This document shows, piece by piece, positions 54,280 to 56,399 of a stretch of DNA of 56,399 nucleotides. The notes beneath the pieces are model-generated. The model had not been told where the DNA came from. It was given only the letters and a program-made list of their open reading frames with translations, and ran no database searches. Origin of the DNA: a bacterium. Its GTDB lineage: Bacteria > Auribacterota > UBA6266. The translations under genes were made by a program, and so were the position numbers. Where the stretch lies: assembly GCA_028717725.1 (NCBI GenBank), contig JAQUNG010000002.1, positions 1 through 56,399 on the forward strand, given 5' to 3'. The first letter of the stretch is position 1; every line of letters starts with the position of its first letter.

Positions 54280-54651
54280 ATGATCAAACAACCCAAGCTG
54301 GTTGTTAAAGGTCGTCGCAGGGTCAGCCGTCTGAAAGTCCGCGGTAAAATAAAAATATTGGAAAAAGCGCTCTTCGCGAAAACCGAACCCTTCGAAGTAA
54401 AGATGTATGACATATCCGAAGGCGGCGCGAAAATAGTCTCGGAAAAACAATTAAAACCAAAACAGGAAGTAGTCCTTTCCTTTCAGACAAAAGAAATGAT
54501 AAAGCCTATTGAGATGAAGGGAGCTGTTCTCTGGACAAGAATCCTGAAATCTGGCGATAAGGAATACACGCTTGCCGGATTAAAATTCGTTTCTCAAAAC
54601 GAAAAATTGTTCGAGAGAGTAGCGACAATGTTATACGCAAGAATGTTATAA
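54280..54651 (+). CDS. PilZ domain protein
   Basis: RRRVSR and DISEGG motifs. RBS ggggggaaggg before the ATG at 54280. Confidence 0.75.
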   Translation: MIKQPKLVVKGRRRVSRLKVRGKIKILEKALFAKTEPFEVKMYDISEGGAKIVSEKQLKPKQEVVLSFQTKEMIKPIEMKGAVLWTRILKSGDKEYTLAGLKFVSQNEKLFERVATMLYARML

Positions 54652-54673
54652 GCTTCCCGGGGAAAAACCTCTT

Positions 54674-54868
54674 ATGAAAGAAATGAAATGCCCCATCTGC
54701 AAGAAAACAATCTCAAGAGACGCGCTTACCGTTAAACTGCACACAGAAGAACATATTGTCGAAGAGTTTAAAAAAGACCACCCCGAATGGGTTGAAGGAG
54801 ATGGAGTATGCCCGATATGCCTTAAGCATTACAAAGCCCTTTTCAGAAAAAAAATCGATTCTCACTAA
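54674..54868 (+). CDS. Small zinc-ribbon protein
   Basis: CPICKK...CPICLKHY, 64 aa. Confidence 0.55.
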   Translation: MKEMKCPICKKTISRDALTVKLHTEEHIVEEFKKDHPEWVEGDGVCPICLKHYKALFRKKIDSH

Positions 54869-54880
54869 CACAAAAAACAG

Positions 54881-54900
54881 CTGAAAACCCCGCTTTTCAG
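54881..54900. terminator. Hairpin between convergent genes
   Basis: ctgaaaa-ccccgc-ttttcag. The right arm overlaps the stop of the minus-strand PilZ gene. Confidence 0.35.
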
Positions 54901-55262
54901 GCCATATTCGCGATGAGCATTGTGGCAACTCTGTCAAATATAGCTCTTGTCGCGTTCCTAAATTCAATGCCGGCAACGGTAAACCTTTTTTCTCCGGAAT
55001 TTGCCGGCCTGGTCCAGCAGACTTTTCCTTTGATTACAATGGGCACTATCATATCCCTTCCCTGAAAATGCAGATTCACATTACAGGAATCCTTCAGCGG
55101 AAATGGAACCGCGACTTTAACACCGGCCTCGGATATATCAAAAACCCGGGCGCTCATAAAGTCGCCTTTTGAAAAAAGTTTTTCCTCATTTAGCCGGATT
55201 AACCCTTTAACGCTCATCCTGCTCTTTCTACGTCTTTCATAATCTCTGATTACTTCTTTCAT
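54897..55262 (-). CDS. PilZ domain protein (paralog of 54280..54651)
   Basis: RRRKSR and DISEAG motifs. The C-terminus FDRVATMLIANM parallels FERVATMLYARM. AAGGAGG RBS before the ATG at 55262. Confidence 0.75.
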   Translation of the reverse strand: MKEVIRDYERRRKSRMSVKGLIRLNEEKLFSKGDFMSARVFDISEAGVKVAVPFPLKDSCNVNLHFQGRDMIVPIVIKGKVCWTRPANSGEKRFTVAGIEFRNATRAIFDRVATMLIANMA

Positions 55263-55454
55263 CGCTCCACCTCCTTTGCCCCCAATGTCACCTTTATATA
55301 ACACGCGGAGAAGGAGTTGGAAATTACAAGATCCCGCTATTTTTGTAACGGCAAAACCACTTTCGCCGGGACAATATACGCTTGCATTTTTATCTGTGTC
55401 GTGTTAAGTTAATTTCCCGCCACAAGATACTGACGGGGAAAGTTATTGCGCGAA

Positions 55455-55854
55455 AAGCAAAAGGTTTTTTGATATATCAGGGCTCATCCCCTACTGATTT
55501 GCTTCGCAAATCAAAACACTGAGGATACACCTGAATTGATATATAATTTTATTGGGGCTACCCCCTACTGATTTGCTTCGCAAATCAATACGTTGGGGAT
55601 CCGCTCAACTTAGCAACTTATGTTCATTAACATTCCATAAGTTACAGTTTCATGAAGCAAAAGGTTTTTTGATATATCAGGGCTCATCCTACTGTTGATT
55701 TGTTTTACAAATCAAAACACTGAGGATACACCTGAATTGATATATAATTTTATTGGGGCTATCCCCTACTGATTTGCTTCGCAAATCAATACGTTGGGGA
55801 TCCGCTCAACTTGGCAGCTTATGTTCATTAACATTCCATAAGTTACAGTTTCGC
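55455..55854 (+). repeat. Tandem direct repeat, 2 x about 200 bp, each with two copies of a conserved hairpin, a TATAAT box and AACT octamers
   Basis: Units start at 55455 and 55655 (aagcaaaaggttttttgatatatcagggctcatcc...). They are near identical except for a few substitutions/indels. Hairpins tgatttgc-ttc-gcaaatca occur at about 55492, 55566 and 55766, with a covarying variant ttgatttgt-ttt-acaaatcaa at about 55692. Confidence 0.85.
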
Positions 55855-55882
55855 GGAGGAGTGGCCGATCGCGGCGGTCTTG
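55855..55882 (+). pseudogene. Truncated tRNA-Ser(UGA) 5' half (acceptor to anticodon-loop position), with 8-nt D-arm deletion
   Basis: GGAGGAGTGGCCGATCGCGGCGGTCTTG equals nt 1-36 of the intact tRNA at 56226, minus AGAGTGGC (between GTGGC direct repeats). Confidence 0.75.
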
Positions 55883-55989
55883 CCACGTGATTTCGTGCAA
55901 GCACGAAAAACGTGGTCGCGTTTTATATTTAAATTGCCGCGGAAGTTTAAATATAATCACGCGAAAAACCGCTAAAAAATTGTATAATT

Positions 55990-56262
55990 ATGTATTACGT
56001 ATATGTTCTTTTAAGCTCCAGCAAAAAACTTTGTATCGGAAGCAGCGCTAAGCCAGATGAGCGATTAAAAGCCCATAATGCCGGCAGAGGCGGATGGACA
56101 AAAAGATATCGTCCCTGGAAAAGAATACTCCTCGAAGAGTACGCCTCAAAAATGAAAGCCGCCAAAAGGGAACGATACTTAAAATCAGGCTGGGGCAGGC
56201 GCTGGCTAAAGAAAAATATAAGCACGGAGGAGTGGCAGAGTGGCCGATCGCGGCGGTCTTGA
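55990..56262 (+). CDS. GIY-YIG nuclease superfamily protein (UPF0213/YhbQ-like)
   Basis: YYVYVLL...LCIGSS...RLKAHNAG...RPWK..LEE...A.KRERYLK. The last about 12 codons run into the tRNA-Ser gene. Confidence 0.75.
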   Translation: MYYVYVLLSSSKKLCIGSSAKPDERLKAHNAGRGGWTKRYRPWKRILLEEYASKMKAAKRERYLKSGWGRRWLKKNISTEEWQSGRSRRS

Positions 56263-56313
56263 AAACCGTTGTCCCTCACGGGACCGTGGGTTCGAATCCT
56301 ACCTCCTCCGCCA
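56226..56313 (+). tRNA. tRNA-Ser (anticodon UGA)
   Basis: GGAGGAGTGGCAGAGTGGCCGATCGCGGCGGTCTTGAAAACCGTTGTCCCTCACGGGACCGTGGGTTCGAATCCTACCTCCTCCGCCA with a long variable arm. Confidence 0.9.
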
Positions 56314-56316
56314 TAA

Positions 56317-56348
56317 ATAAAAAACACCCCCTTTATGGGGGTTTTTTA
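56317..56348 (+). terminator. Rho-independent terminator after tRNA-Ser
   Basis: aaaaaacaccccc-tttat-gggggtttttt. Confidence 0.7.
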
Positions 56349-56399
56349 TTTATGGCAGGTGTGTAGCTTGAGAACCCACGCAGATACACCAACCACATT

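Noticed and set aside
55366-55386. Possible sigma-54 promoter (gggacaatatacgcttgcat) upstream of the minus-strand PilZ region
   Set aside because: The GG and GC dinucleotides are not at the required 10-nt spacing, and the orientation does not serve a downstream gene.
55455-55854. Possible CRISPR array
   Set aside because: The period is about 200 bp with whole-unit duplication. It is not 25-40-bp repeats separated by unique spacers, and no cas genes are in the window.
55995-56327. 110-aa minus-strand ORF
   Set aside because: It is antisense to the GIY-YIG gene and runs through the tRNA-Ser gene, with no supporting motif.

Overview
Chromosomal window from a moderately AT-rich, probably uncultivated anaerobic diderm bacterium. 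Diderm markers are LpxL-type acyltransferase, HldD, OmpA and an RND/LolA-like/beta-barrel set; anaerobe markers are four-subunit pyruvate:ferredoxin oxidoreductase and several radical SAM enzymes. I cannot assign a taxon from sequence alone. I support about 60 protein genes, three tRNAs (Arg-ACG, Ser-CGA, Ser-UGA), one truncated tRNA-Ser 5' half and a long Bacillus-type SRP RNA upstream of dnaX-ybaB-recR. No CRISPR array, integrase, transposase or recognisable defence genes are present. Housekeeping blocks: porGDAB, ffs-dnaX-ybaB-recR, polX-nth, folE-ccdA, lpdA, hldD, tadA. Most interesting items: (1) two adjacent MJ0619/Tes-type radical SAM genes (N-terminal 4-Cys ribbon plus CxxxCxxC) next to an LpxL-family acyltransferase, preceded by a palindrome-rich leader. 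(2) An HTH / KamA-type aminomutase / two D-Ala-D-Ala-ligase-like ATP-grasp operon. (3) An FHA-GAF-sigma-54 activator translationally coupled to a Hanks kinase with an extracytoplasmic ConA-like domain and TPRs, with a consensus sigma-54 promoter 4.5 kb away in front of a secreted beta-sandwich protein. (4) A tRNA-associated repeat landscape: a 200-bp unit present twice in tandem plus one diverged copy, a covarying hairpin, arrays of phased AGTTNNNN octamers arranged as palindromes, and a GIY-YIG cassette bracketed by a duplicated tRNA-Ser 5' half. (5) An A10 tract at the tau/gamma position of dnaX. Functional calls come from motifs I recognise by eye; no database search was run.
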